Assembly (NCBI GenBank): GCA_013265495.1
Contig: MU057416.1
Coordinates: 1,544,545 to 1,608,544 of the forward strand
Direction: 5' to 3'
Source of the DNA: Vicugna vicugna
Lineage: Eukaryota
Length of the DNA stretch: 64,000 nt
Shown: positions 35,780-49,576 of the stretch, in pieces
Layout: each line of letters opens with the position of its first letter
Numbering within the stretch: position 1 is the first letter of the stretch
Position numbers and translations under genes: made by a program
The notes under the pieces: generated by a model
Told to the model about the DNA's origin: nothing
Seen by the model: the letters and a program-made list of their open reading frames with translations, nothing else
The model's database searches: none

Positions 35780-37930
35780 TTATGACTTTTTTCAGCTTAA
35801 TTTCAAAAGTACAGGAATAGTAGTACAAGGAACTTCTGAACACCCTTTACCCAGAGTTGGCTGTGTTCACGTTCCTCCCGTTTGTTTTATCACTCTCTCC
35901 CCGGCCCTTCCTCCCATGCAAATACACGTTTTGTGTGTGTGTGTATTTTCTGTGCTGTTTGAGAGTGAATTAAAGATATTGTACCCCCTACCCCGAATAC
36001 TTCAGGCTGTCTCCTAAGATGGATGATAAATCTCAGATGATCTCAGTAAAGTGATAAAAATCATGTTAGTATGATATTGTTACCTAATCCACATCCTGCA
36101 TTCAAATTTGCCATCGTCTTAATGTCCATTATGGCTACTTTTTCCCCATTCCCAGACCCAGTCTAGGACTGCATGTTGCATGTAGCTGCCCTGGGCCTGG
36201 AACCTCCCTAACCTGGAGTGGTTCTCGAGCCTGCCTTTGTCTGTCGTGACATTGGCACTTTGGAGCCTGAGCACCCCAGCTGCGTGCTGAGCTGGGCGTC
36301 AAGCCCCTGCCATGGGCGTTGTCCTGTGCACCTGGCTCAAGCAGGCAGCTCCCTGCAGGGGCCACTGGGTCTCTGTGGAGTGCCGGATCCTCGTCCCGCC
36401 ATTGGTCTCCACGACTGGGCTGATGGGGAGATCCTGGCGTGGCTGCTGGCAGTGTCTCCGCAACAACACCTCGACAGTGTGAGGAAGCGGCGCACAGACA
36501 CCTGCCCCCAGACGGGCGTTGATGGGGACTCGGGAATGGAGACCCTCCCACCCCCAGATGCCTTGTTGCCCCTGCCTGGCCTGGTCCCTGCATTCCACAG
36601 GGAACCTGGGCAGGGGTGTCCAGGAGGCACCAGAGACAGTCCGTTGGGCAGCCAGGCAGCCCCAGAGGAGAGATCCCCGGACAGAGGAGGGCTGCCTTAC
36701 CTCTGTTCCTCCCGGGGCCCGACAGCTTGACATCCTCAGACACAGGGATGCTGGGGACGTGGGGTGGGGGTCAAGGGGGAGGGAAGGAGTATGAAATGTC
36801 TGTTCTCGGAGCCCGAGTGTCTGAGCCTGCAGTGTGGAGTTTTTCCTTCATTGAAGTGTACTTTGATCTTATAAAGCAGTGGGCCCGTTATTTTCTGGAG
36901 TGGCCCTCAGTGTGGGTTTGTGTGGTGTGTGTTCACGGTTAGACCTGAGCCATGCACATCTGGTGGGACCACCACAGAAGGGCGCTGTGTTTTCAGTCGG
37001 CGTGGCAGGCGTGGCAGGAGCACACGGGCTGCGTTCAGTTGGTGATGTAGACTTTGATCACTTGCTTAAAGTGGTACCAGCCACTTTTCTTCACTATAAA
37101 ACTATTAATTTCCACTTTAAATTGATAAGCAGTTTGTGGGGAGATCATTTGAAATGCCCTGTTCGTCAGATGATTACCTACCAGTTTAGCGTCCAGAGTG
37201 GCTCTTGCTTGAGTCAGTTGTTATCCCGTTGACTTTAATCCCACTTTTAGTCTGTATCCTGCTACAAGGAAGTTTTCTGTCTTCGCGTACTTACATACTT
37301 TAATGTGCAGTCTCACTTCACATAGCCCTTACTTGTTTACATCAGGATGGACTCATTCTTGTTTTATTCAGTGGATTATAGTCCTTTGTTATCTTTAGTT
37401 GTTTATTTTTATTGAAGCACAGTCAGTTACAGTGTGTCAGTTTCTGGGGCACAGCACGGTGGCCCAGTCATGCACGTACGTACCTATATTCGTTTTCATA
37501 CCCTTCTACGTTTATCACTATTTTGATGTTCAAGTTGTCTCAGATTTGGCCGATGGGATCTCCTTCCGCTGACCCTGTGACCTCTGACACGGCCGCATCA
37601 GTCGTTAGCGTTTCCTTACTTCCTGGGACACGTGTGGTCTCTGCTGACCGTGTGCTTTTCCTGCTCCAGCCTGGAAAACAGCATTTCTGGAAGAGCCCTG
37701 GTTCCTTTGGGCGGGAGGGGTATTGGAAGCTGAGATGGAGGTGTGGGCTGTTGCTGCTGGGGGTCAGCAGGCTGAGCTAGGAAGCATGCACGTCAGGCGT
37801 CACATGCAGCTGCATCTGTGACAGGTGCGTGTCGAACCCCGTGTGTTCCCAGTGACACTTCCCCTCAGCCCAGCTCCCAGAGTTCAGGCTACTCTTCCCC
37901 TTTGGGTGTTCGTTACTGCCTGTCATTGTG
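35780..37930 (-). mobile_element. Fragmented old L1MC/MD remnants with a nested camelid L1 3' end (~37405-37500)
   Basis: aaaagtacaggaatagtagtacaaggaactt, tttgatcacttgcttaaagtggt, tattgaagcacagtcagttacagtgtgtcagtttctgg. Confidence 0.55.
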
Positions 37931-40900
37931 AAGCCTGGCTCCGGTTTGGGGTGTGAGGTTTCTTTGTGAAGCCCAGGGGAGGGGCTGTAAGGATCTGGGG
38001 CTCAGAAGAGGCGCTTGCTCCCCACAGGGCAGGAGGAGGAGTGGAGGAGGGCCTTCAGCTCAGGGATGGGGCGCTAGCACCTCAGCTGACTTCACCGCTC
38101 GCTGTCGTCTTGCAGGCCTGGCTCTGCTGAGCACTCCACACTGCGCGTGAACACCTGCCTGCCTGCTGTGCTCCAGGCACTGCTCTAGGTGCTGGTGACC
38201 GAGGGCAGGAAAGGGGCTGCTCTCCCTGTGGTTATGTGGGGGTGGTGGCTATCTGAATGTTGGGGGGGTGGCAGTAACTGTTCTGCAGAGAAGTGACAGG
38301 CGGCTGACCGGGTGCTCAGGACAGGTGGTTCTGAGGAGATGAGTTCTGAGCAGGAGGGCTGAGCCCGGGCCGCGGGCAGAGGAGCAGCTGGTGCCCGGGC
38401 CCAGGGGCTGTTGGCAGCAGCAGGGAGCCTGGGCGCCTGGGTGCGGCGGGCGGGGAGGTGGAGGAGGCCGTGGCGAGAGCGGGCACGGCTGGCCGTGGAG
38501 CCCGGGGACACCTGCACTCGGAAGGGAGCTGCTGCGCTCACCGTCCTGCTCACCGTCCCCTCGGCTTTTGAAATGCAAAGCCCATGCTTCCCCAAAGCTC
38601 CCTGTTCCCCACTCTGCCTTCCTGACACTAGTGATGCGGGTTAGCTGGAAAAAGGTTTGCCTTTGAGAGGGGGCTGCTGCGGAAGTAGAGTGGCCCGGGG
38701 AAGGCGCAGGCTCACAGCAGGGCAAGGAGGCCGTTACGATTCCTGGTGGAGAATCTGGGGGTCCCTCCAGGACAAGGCTATGACTAAAGTTTTAGAAAAG
38801 TACTATGAGATTTTTAGAAATGTTACTGACCATTTTTACGTCTTTTGGTTAATTTGGAGTTCAAGCTCCAGGGCCTACTTTTAGTTGGAGTTTTTTGAAA
38901 CTCACAAGTTCTGTCTTGGTAATTGTCTTAGAAATAATTTTTACATTTGGAAATAAGGCAGTGCTCCCAGATTGAGTGGTGCTATTTCTAACTGCTTTCC
39001 CCTCGTACCTCCCGACCGTTCACCACTTTAGAGAAGTGTGTTGTTGGCTGGCGTGTGGACGCAACTGGTGGCTGACCCAGCGTCATAGAAGACTGCCTTG
39101 AGCGACACTTTCTCCTCCCTCGGCCTGCCGCCCGGGCGTTCGGGTGGTGGTTCACCTCAGCGCCTAGCTCTAGTCCGGACTGATAACAGCACGCTTAAGG
39201 CAGGCTCTTGCTGAGGTCCTGGTGCGCAAGGCGGACCTGGCTCCCACCCTTCGCAGGTCTGGGAGTGGATCCCCCTGCCCGTTCCTGCGGTTTTAATTTC
39301 TGACCTTGTTCTTAACAGGTGAGGAGGCAGGTGAGGCCTCTTACCTTCAGTTTTGCTTGTTTATTTTCTAGTATGCTGTTCCAGTTCATTTGTTTTAAAA
39401 TGTGATACAACTCCAGATTTAAAAAAAAAAAGGTAATCTTGTACTGCTGGCAAAATGAGAGACATTCTGGAAGTCTTCTTTTAAGCATATTTAGTTCTTG
39501 AAGGCCTGTTTCTCAAAGTGACCTATTTTACAATACTCTGCAGTTTTGCATTCTTTTGGGGTGGAATAATCTGTTTTTGCCATATTCTTGGAACATTCTT
39601 TGACTTGCTGTGGAGCCCTTCCCTTTTCCTTACGTTCTTTCTAAAACTTACGCTTTCATAACTTAGGTTTGTGAGTTCGTCATTATAAAATGGAAATAGC
39701 CCCTCTTGTCTTCCACCTTCCAGCTCGGTGATCTTGGCAAACCGTTGTTATTTCTGAATCTCCTTGTGCAGATGGTTTAGAGCTAAGGCTCTGCACTCAT
39801 CACCTGTGTGCTCTTGGGCGAGATAACCTTTCTCGAGCTCCTTGCCCGCAAAACAGGGGCAGGAGGATTGTTAGCACTGAAGACAGATGCACGTCTAGGA
39901 CAGTGCCGGCCACACACAGGTCCCTGTTCAGTACTGTATGTTCCCAGTAGTTACCTGTATATTGTCCGATTTGACAGTTTCACTGTGTTGTTACGAAGAT
40001 CACGTGTGAGAATGGATGTGAAAGCCGTAAATGAGTATCAGGTGGATGCACCCGTGTAGAGGCGTTTGTAATCCTGATGATGAGCTGTCACTTTTCTTGG
40101 CACAGCTAACGTTTAGGTCCCAAATCACCTACGTGAGTCACTTTTTATTGTGATAGGAAATAAAAATCTATCGTGTATACATTTTATAATAATATCTTAA
40201 AATCAAGTAATTTGTCTTTTAAATTTGTCCCACTAACAGCCTCTGTTTAGTTCCTGTGATGCTGGAGTTTGAGTGTGTGCAGCTCCGCACCCTGCAGTTC
40301 ACAGTGGAGCCTGTGCATCACGCCAAGGCCGCTGTGAAGCTTAAGGCTGGCTCACTGCTGGTCAACACAGCTGTGAAGGAAGGAGAGTGTTTTCAGTTAT
40401 TAAACAAGGGTGATGTTTTTAGACGTCTCCAAAATCCCAGATTGGTACCTCTACTCTTGACCTCTTTCCGGAGTCCTGAATCCCTGGCTGCTTTTTGGAT
40501 ATTTCCACGTGGATGTTTTTGCTATTGTTTCAGACTCAACGAGTCTAAAGCTCCCTTCGTGATCTTGCTTTTGAAATGGATGCTTCCTCTGATTTTCCTT
40601 TTTCGATTAACGATACAGCATTTCCCAGCTAACCTGGGCTTTGACCTCATGTGCTTTATTCCTGGGTCCTCTGGGGCTCGTCTTCAGCCGCCTCTTCTGT
40701 CCCTCACTTCCTGTTGGCTTCAGCCACCGCTGCTGTGCAACTTCATTTAATCTTCTGACTCTGATTTTTGTCACCATCAGTATTGAATACTAGTTAATTG
40801 TCCCCAAACATCACTCTCAGTGTGTCACTTTTTTCCTTTAGAACTGTCAGCAATTCTTTGCTATTATATATAAAGCTGTGTATGTACATATGTAATACAG

Positions 40901-42445
40901 CTATTACTGTGTAAAGGCCTCGTGCGTTAGAGAGACGACTTTCAGCCTCCCGTCCCAGCTTCGCCCTCACTGCTCCCCTGCGTGAGCCCTTCTCTCCACC
41001 CAGATTGTTCAGTTTGGGGTCTCTTCACACCTCCTCTCTCTCCCCTTCCCCATCTGTTTAGAAAGCCCCTCTGCTCTGATCCCGTACATTCCGCCCGGTC
41101 ATCCCCCCGTTTCTCTGAGGTGCAGCCATGTCCGCCCCTGCGGCCGCCGCCTCTGGACCTGACGCGCTCACTTGTTGGTTCCTTTCGTTTGGCGCTTGAT
41201 CACTTCTTGCTTAGTACTGCCTCCGGCTTCTGAGTTGCTGAACTTTGCCTGTCTGTCTAATCTTTCTGTAGATGATTGGCTCCTTGAAGAAGGGATTATT
41301 TCTAATTCCTTGAATTCCCCAGAGCCACACTGGTATATAAAAGGAACATGAAATAATTACAATACTATTGTTTGATGAAGATATTTTTCGAAAACATTAA
41401 GGTGAAAATTGCTGAGGAGTCTGTTAATACCTGGTGAATGCACAGTTTGAAATGCTGGCTTTGAGCAGCACTATTGAGCTTGTATTAAAGCTTCCTGTTC
41501 AGGGGGCTCCCAAGATCAGTGATGGTGGGTCGCTGGCCACGAGCCCCTACTTTGCAGAGAAGGCAAGGGGGGGCCTGGCTTGTGTCAGGGTCTGTGTTCA
41601 CGTCCAGCTGAGACGCCGCCTTCCCTTCTGGAAGACCAAGCTCGTTCTCGCCTGGCTTTGATGCAAAGCTGAGAGCCTGGGTGAGGCGTGGGAGGGGGTG
41701 GAAGAGATCTGGGCGGGGAAGGCAGGAAACCCGTCGGATGCAAAGGCAGTTCCCGAGGAAGCAGCCGCCACGGGGAGAGGGACTCACGCCCCTGGTGGGA
41801 GGCGGCCGGCAGAGGAGGAACTGGGACCCTCGTCCCGCGGGTCAGCTGCCCTGCCTGTCTCCCTCAGGTGGGTCGGTTGGGTGCCCAGGAGGGCTTTGCG
41901 GGGGGGATGGGAGGTCACAGCGTCTAGTGTGAGGGACTTGGGGGATAGCACGCCCTGAGCCACAGCCACGGCTGCCCCTCGGCAGCCCCAGCCGGCCGGG
42001 CACGGAGGGGAGGACCCAGAGGCCTGGGGGCAGCGGACGCAGTGAGCAGGCAGTTCTGCTTTGCAGCTGATGAGCTGTGGGCTCTGGCAGATGTCCTCAG
42101 CGTCAAGCCTGGCAGTCCCCCGAGGGGCCGTCACTGCGCTTCCTGTGAGGGAGGCACTGGCGCTGGTTTAGTCATCTTGGCTCATTCTGTGAGTGTGCGT
42201 GGGGGGGACTGCTTCCCCAGAGGTGCTGGACGCAGAAGACGTCTCCCCTTGGTTGCTAGGTGTGCTCAGAGCGGTATCTTCTGTGAAGATTTCTGTCTCT
42301 TTTTCATTTTAGATTATCTGCCAAGGTCGAATAAATCACCTTTTCAGTTAGAGTTATTGTTATTCGTAGAAGGGATCTTAGCTTCTGTGACATAAATAAT
42401 AATTGTTAAATAAATTGTGCTTCTGTCCCCCCTTAATCTTTACAG

Positions 42446-42705
42446 AAAATGTGCCGGAGGAGCTCCGAGAGCCGTTTTACACGGACCAGTATGAGCAGGA
42501 GCACGTCAAGCCCCCCGTGGTGCGCCTGCTGCTGTCGGCCGAGCTGTACTGCCGCGCGGGGAGCCTCATCCTCAAGAGCGACGCGGCGAAGCCGCTCCTG
42601 GGCCACGACGCCGTGATCCAGGCCTTGGCGCAGAAGGGGCTGTACGTCACCGACCGAGAAAAGCTGGTGACGGAACGAGATCTCCACAAGAAGCCCATCC
42701 AGATG
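42446..42705 (+). CDS. CAMSAP2: CAMSAP2 coding exon 2
   Basis: Acceptor ccccttaatctttacAG|AA and donor ATG|GTGAGT. 260 nt, joining exon 1 in frame (G+AA=Glu47). Encodes ENVPEELREPFYTDQYEQEHVKPPVVRLLLSAELYCRAGSLILKSDAAKPLLGHDAVIQALAQKGLYVTDREKLVTERDLHKKPIQM. Confidence 0.96.
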
Positions 42706-43942
42706 GTGAGTCTTTACGCGCCAAGGTTACTTTGTCTGACGCGTATACTTTTGAGCGTGAATTGCTTTATGCGATAGAGGGAAGTGGGTTTTACAGCTGG
42801 ACTGTCACCTCTGCCTCGAATTTAAAAACAGCTTTTTCTTATGAGCCTCATTTTCAAATTAAGGAAGATTGTAATAAGCTATTTTGGGATATTTGGTGAC
42901 TTTCTAATACCTGGGGGAAAGTTATGTAATTTCCGACTACGTTTAAGTGATTTTTAATCAATTTAAAAACTCATTTTTTCCATCACAGAGACTAGAAGAG
43001 ATGGAAAGTGCTTCCCTGATTTTATTCTCATTAGGGGTGAGATCTGTAAGCGCTCACTTACATGAGTGCCTTCTCGGTAGAGTTCTTTCTGCACGTTGGG
43101 TGTTGCAGTTTGTTCAACAGGCATTGATTCGTCCCTGTGGAGCGCGTGGGGCTCTGAGCTGCCTGGGGCTGGCGCGTGGGGGGCCTCTCTCATGGGCGTC
43201 TCTGGGCACGGGTCCAAACGTCAGGGCCACCGTGTGCTGCCTCCGCCCGCCCTGCTGCCGTAGCTGGAGCTCAGAGAGCGCCGGGCGTCCCCGGGAGTGG
43301 TGGTAGAAGAGCCGCGGAGCCGCGCGCCGATTGAATCGCGCCCTGTGTGAGACTGGGGTTTTGCCGGGGTTCTGCACGTGGGAGAGTACATGCAATTGTG
43401 AAGCTGAAGAGGGACGAGCAAAAACTGGTTTACCATCTCAGGCACAGGAGGTGACCGACTTGCTTTTTGCCTGTTCCCTGCTTTAAAAAACACCCTTTTT
43501 AATACTTTCAAGGAATAGAGAATACTGTCTCAGGCAAAGTTTTGTTAACGATTTAGTCATAGAGTTATCAAGGATAACCAAGAATGCTTATTACCAGGTG
43601 GGAGGTCTGCACCTGTCACCGATGGCTTCAGACTCACCTCAGGGCTTCTTCCCCCCCGAGTCTGCACCCCCGCTGGTGTGCATGGCATGTGTGCGAACAG
43701 CGCAAGCGTGCTTCAGTCTGGCCTGGGTGCGAGGTGTCAGGATGCGCTGTGAGTGTGCGCGGCCTCCGTCTTCTGGGGACCGGCTTCTGTCCGTGGGGTG
43801 TCAGGAGGCTCGTGCCTGACCACGGCGGCGTCAGCCTTGCCCTGTCACACACACTGACCTGTGTTTTCAGTATGTATTTTCTGTCTGTCTTACAGCTTGA
43901 CTGAGGCTTTCCATTCGCTTGGAATTCTGATTGATGATACTG

Positions 43943-44055
43943 GGTTTTGGGGGGGGATAATTGGGTTTATTTATTTTAATGGCGCTACTGGGGATTGAGC
44001 CCAGGACCTCGTGTGTGCTGAGCGCCTGCCCCACCCCTGGGCATCGTCTACCCCC
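43943..44055 (-). mobile_element. Camelid Vic-1-like SINE
   Basis: ttttggggggggataattgggtttatttattttaatggcgctactggggattgagcccaggacctcgtgtgtgctgagc. Imperfect TSD tgatgatactg / tggtgatattg. Confidence 0.82.
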
Positions 44056-45571
44056 TGGTGATATTGTAACGTTTCCTGGCTTTTGAAGACCTATGTGAGA
44101 AAATTTCTCAGAGTACTAGGAAAGCTTCGTTTCTTAAGAAACTTTTATTTGGTTTTAGAGTAATAAGAATTAGTTTCCTTCTTTGTCCTGCTTTTTGAGA
44201 AGTATAATGAAGAAGCGTGTTTCATTGTGCTGTATGTATTGATTCCCTCTCCACGTCTCCCACCTCTAAATTACCTTGTATGTTTGAGACCTGGTTTCTG
44301 TATGTTCCCGCACAGCTTTGGGGGGACGTATGTGTGGTGACAGAAACATCACTGTAAGTACAAGGCAGGTTTGACTGAATAAATTTTACTAATTTGGGGG
44401 CTAATAGGGATTGAGGGAGATGCTTGTTTTTTTAATGAGAACACCCATTGGAGAATATGTGCTTTTGGACATTGTGTTTTGAAGCCAGTTAACAATGATA
44501 ACACATTAAAGTTTATTCAGCACGTAATCGTTACCTGTGATATTGCAGGAAGGGGCAGTAGTTGTGATTTCCCTAATGACTATTACAGACAGGTGATAAA
44601 GGACAGATGGACCCTGTATATACAGTTACAGAGTCAGTCACGTGCTCTGAGAGTTGCATTAATGCGTGTGTCAGCATTAAAGGTGTGGTGAGTTATGTGC
44701 ATTAAAACCACAGGGGAGGGTCCTCAACCAAAAGTATGTTCTAGCCCAAGTCATGTTGTCTGGCAAATTATTTGCGTCCATAAATGCTGGCATCTAGGAG
44801 GACTTGGAGATTGAGGGACTTGTAGCGAATGGAGCCAGACGCTAAAAATGACATCTCTAGAGCTTCATCCCAGAGCAGAATGAAGCTGCACGTGTACTGC
44901 ACTCGGCTCATCCGGTTGGGTGGGGGGTTGGATCTGCCTCATAACCTCTTAAATTCATAGAATTTTGTAGCCGGAAGGAGCCTTAGAAATCAGAAGCCAG
45001 CGTGTAGTAGAAGACTTGCCATCCAGCAGGACCCGGGAGCACGCGCCAATGGGAATGTGAGCACGGATCCTGGCCCTGCAGTCAGAGCTGCTCACGCAGA
45101 ACCTTCAGAAGGGGGTAGGACGTGTATTTTTAAACAAGCGTTCAGGGCGAGTTTCGTGATCAAGAACGTATGGGGAATTTGATGTAATCCAGAGTCATTT
45201 CATCTGTGTGATACTTAGAATTGAGAGAGGTTAAGTGACTTGCCTGAAGTAGCACTGTTTCTCAGTCGCAAAACTAGAATTTGAATCTGCACGAGCTAGA
45301 GTGTGACTGAGTCCCGGCGCTGCAGCGTGCGGCGCGTTTGGGCGCTGAGATATCTGGACTGACGCTTGCTGAGTGGCAGGCTGGTTACGAATAAACTCCT
45401 GGTCGTGAACCAGCCTTCCCGCCATGTTTGCGTGTGTAGGATTTAAGAGTTACTTATAAAACTCTATTAAAGTAAGTGTGCATGTATGTGTATATAGTAT
45501 GTGTGATTTGAAATAACGAGGTAGAGTTTCATATTTGACATATAAAATAATGTTTATTATTTAGTTAGATC

Positions 45572-45624
45572 GTGGTTTTTTTTGGTTTTTTTTTATTGAT
45601 TCATAATCATTTTACAGTGTTGTG
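45572..45624 (-). mobile_element. Ultra-short young L1 3'-end insertion
   Basis: Poly-T followed by tattgattcataatcattttacagtgttgtg, between perfect 11-bp direct repeats ttagttagatc (45561-45571, 45625-45635). Confidence 0.75.
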
Positions 45625-48600
45625 TTAGTTAGATCTTGTTTTGAAACAGTCACCATACAAACAAAAGTTTTATTATGAAGTGCTTTCTTTTAATGAGGAC
45701 CAAAAATATTCTGTGTGCTTAATGGAAATTCAAGTGGACTGACAGGTCATTTGGCACGTAAGGCATAAAATGTTCTCTCAACGCGCTGTCAGTATTGTTA
45801 CAATGGATGTTTCTGAATAGTCAGAAACCGTAAGCTCGGAGGTCAGCGTACATCCCTGCCGCCGGCCCTTGCACTGCTGTGTTATCGTGGAAGGCCAGCG
45901 CTTGATGGAAGTGCTTGCTGACCCTCAGGAAGGATACCCCTGTGCGTAAAGAAGTGTTGCTTTATTCCGCCCCGCTTGTGGCCTGTGTGTTCAGCTGACC
46001 ACGAATATCTCCGCTTGAATGATGTTGAGCTTAGAATCTAGTGAGGACGACTGAGGAACAAAGCTAATTGGCTGGGACACGTGCTCTGAGTGTCAGTTTG
46101 AGCAGCAGGAACACACTGGTGGGCGCGATGATTCCGCCAGGGAGGGCCAGGGACCGCGTTACGGGTGGCTGACGGGGTTTCAGTGGGCGGGACGCGGGCT
46201 GGGGGAGCTGACTGACCTGGCCGTTTCGTGCGCGGGGGACGGCGTTGGCGGCGCTGAGACGTCAGTTTGAGAAGAGGCTGAAGGGCAGCTCGGGGCCAGC
46301 AGCTCCCGAGAGGCTGCTGTGAGGGTTGCGGGACCACAGAATGAGTTTTCGGGCTGTTTTTCTGTGGTTTGTGGTGGTGGTGGTGGTGACTTGTTGATTT
46401 TTTTTCTGCCTGCATGAAACAAAACATTGCAAACATTGCAGAACGCTGAACCGCCGTGTGAACAGCGCTGCCGTCAGCGTGGTGTAAATCGGAGCCCTTG
46501 TCAGTTCTCAGTGCGCCCTGCCCTGTCGTCCGCCCGCCCGCCCGCCGCGTCCACCTGTCTCGCGTCGTGTGGTTCCGATGACAGCCCTCAGAGGGACGCG
46601 TGCCGTCCCTGTCCTCCCAGCGAGGAGGCCGAGGCGTCGAGGGCGCACAGACCGCGCAGCGGAGTGCAGACCAGCTCTGCCTCAGCTGCACCTCCCGCAT
46701 CCTTAGCTGCCTCCCCGCCTCTGCCAGGGTGGCTGGGGGTGGCAGGTGCTGGGAGCGGGTGGAGGGGAGGAGGGGGCTGGGTGCCCCCGGAGTCAGAGTC
46801 GGTGTGGCCTTTGCTCAGGCCTCCTTTCAGGGTGATTGGCCTGTGCTGTGCCCGCCTCGAAGTGTCACGTCCTCGGGAGGAGCTGTTCCCTCTGAGTCGG
46901 AGGGCTGCTGGCAGGGCACGAAGTCAAGTTGTGTGCGTCCTCTGGGGGATGTGGGTTTCTCTGTTTTCGAGACCTGCGGGGTAGCCACCTGGTCACCATG
47001 ATTTTTGCCGGGTTCACGGTTGGGGTGGCCCAGCCGCCGAGCCCAGGAGCACGGTGCCGTCCCTCTCCTCGTCCCCCCTCCCTCCCAGCTCACTGTCCTG
47101 TAGGCGGGGTCGCTCTGGTGTCTGTGGCACTCCCGTCACTGGAACTTGGTGTCACCCCCCTGAGCAGAAGCTTTTACAAAAGTCTTACCCCCTTTAAGAA
47201 GATTAAAAGCTGCACTTTAGAGAAGGATTATATACACGTAACATTACAGCGGTGGTTGAGGAGATTCTGATTTCTGGTCCCTGTTGTGTAATAATGCCTT
47301 GCAAATTCACGAGCAGAGCGTGTCCGTGAGAAGCTATTTTAGGTCCTCATGGCAGCTGGTGAGCGGGGTTTACCCTCCATGCACAGAGCTGGGTCTTTCT
47401 GTTTCCCGTGAACCGCCCCCCTCACGTGATGCCACTAGTGCGTCAAGGTAACGTCGACACCTCTGTGACAAGTTCCACTTAACTTTTGATGGCTTGCAGC
47501 AGTGTTTGTGACGCTCGAGTTGGTGCGTGTGTAACAACTTGCTTAGGCCTCCGGGTCGCCTTCTCATAGAGCCAGCGTGGCGCTGGCGCTGGCGCTTGCT
47601 TTACCAGGTGGGCTCACAGAGCCTGTATACTTAGGATCAAACTGAAGTCACTCAGGCCACTGTTAACTTACCCAGTTTATCTACGGAGCTCCTGCCGTAT
47701 GCTCTGTATTATCGCCTGGGATTGAAAAGAGTGTCTGTCCCTCAGTGGCTCACTTTGCACTGGGGATTATAGGAAAATAAGCAAATTATCATCCATGTAT
47801 TTTAGGAGAGCAGAGGCCCAGACTCGGTCTGCTCTCCAGCCCAGTCCTGAAGGCTGCGGGTGGTTGGCAGGCGCGGAGGGCACTGTGAGCGGGGCACCTG
47901 GCTGCAGGGGTGTCGGAGGGAGCGTGCGGGCCAGTGCGCTCGGTCGTGGCTTTAGCCCAGGCACATGGAGGGGGGCGATGAGAATTGAGGCCGGAGGGTT
48001 GGATGGGGCACAGTGACCTGTCACACCAGTGCCACTTCATCGCGGGAGCGGTGGGGACCCACCTGCATGGTCTGTGTCCCATCAGACTGTGTGAGACCGT
48101 CTCTCTGGTGTCACTAGACACTGCAGAGGCCAGGGGGCTGGGGACCTGAGCTAAAGGAGGCAGGGGATGCGGGAGGGGTGGGCAGGAGGGGTGGCTCTGA
48201 GGTAGAATTGAGATGATCTGTTGACTCCTCAGAGTCGGGAAGTGAAGAGAGCCTAGAATAAGGGCAGGCACAAGGATTTCATCCCTCCTGTCAACTCCGG
48301 TTACTGACCAGCTGGTGGGCCGTTAGAAGCTGGGAAAACCAGCTTTTGCTTTCACTCTGTATTTCTGGGAGCCTCAGGGTCTGGGTTTTAGCTCCCCATC
48401 CTCTGTTGCCTCTGGTGCTTTTGAACCCTGATATTTTTACCTAATAGTGGTTAAAAAACAAAATAAAAAAAGGGACAGCTTTATAGGTTAAAAATCTTGA
48501 ACCGATGCCCTTAAATCTCTTATTTTTGGTCAGAAAGGTAAAGGCATCTCTGTCTTAAGTCTTTCTTTTCTTCTTGGTAGCTGTTGGAAAAGATCGAGAT

Positions 48601-49576
48601 GGATGTAAGTGAAAGGGAGTCTGTGTGTGTACAAAGGAAGGAAGTAAAATTGATGTGCATTTTGTTAGAATATCCAGTTTTTTAGTTTGTTACGTTACGC
48701 TTATGCATTTACCAAGAGGGTGGATGGGAATTCATGTATTTCTTACACTTACTCAGTTCCTGCCGTGAACTCTAGGCGGGCAGTGGTGATAAAGTTGACA
48801 GCCTCGGTCCTCGGGACGCTCCTGGGGCCCTGAGAGGAGGGTCTTGTGGGATTGGAGGGTCTGTGGTGTGAAGTGGGGTAGCACCCAGGGCGCAGAGTTG
48901 TGGGGGCGAAGTCAGGGCTGGGGGTTGAGCGTGCTTCACAGGTGCTAATTGCCCACGCAGTATGTGATGCAGGCGGTACTGCCGCTGTTTTATAGACCAG
49001 GAAACGGACACTCAGGTGAGCAGACAGACGTGCCCAAGGCCAGACGGGGTAGATGGTGCTGGGGGTCTAACTTGTATCTGCTGGCCCCAGAGCCCCTGCT
49101 GAGCCTGGGTATGCCATATGGCCTTCCCCAGAAACCTGACACCCCCCCACCACAACCCTACTATTTCTGTAGTGTTAACGGCTTATAAAGCATTGACACT
49201 TTTTTTTGTAATAACCAGAAAAAGTAAACACGGCAGTTTTACCACCTCTTTTTATGACAGGTGAGGAAACTGGATGGATACTGGTTCGCTCCTGCTGCAG
49301 AGGTTGGAGGGCACGGGGACAGTGTGGGGTGCAGAGCCAGTTGGCAACAGAGCAGCACCTGGCACGGGTCTTCCTGACCCAGGGCTTGTCCTGCACGGAC
49401 TCTGTGCTGTCCTGTTCTGTCCTGGTGGGTTTCTCTCCGCAAGTGTCAGCCCGAGGCTGGTGTCACCCAGTGAGCCGGTGCGGCTGCGGAGGGGATTGTG
49501 GTGAGGGGCAGGTGGGAGTCCGACAGCAGGGAGGATCTGGCGGGGGGCTGTCTCGGCTGCCCGACCAGAGGGCTGC

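Larger units (their letters stand above)
26025..42445 (+). other. CAMSAP2: CAMSAP2 intron 1 (16,421 nt, GT-AG, phase 1)
   Basis: Bounded by the exon 1 donor and the exon 2 acceptor; reading frame is continuous across it. Confidence 0.92.
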
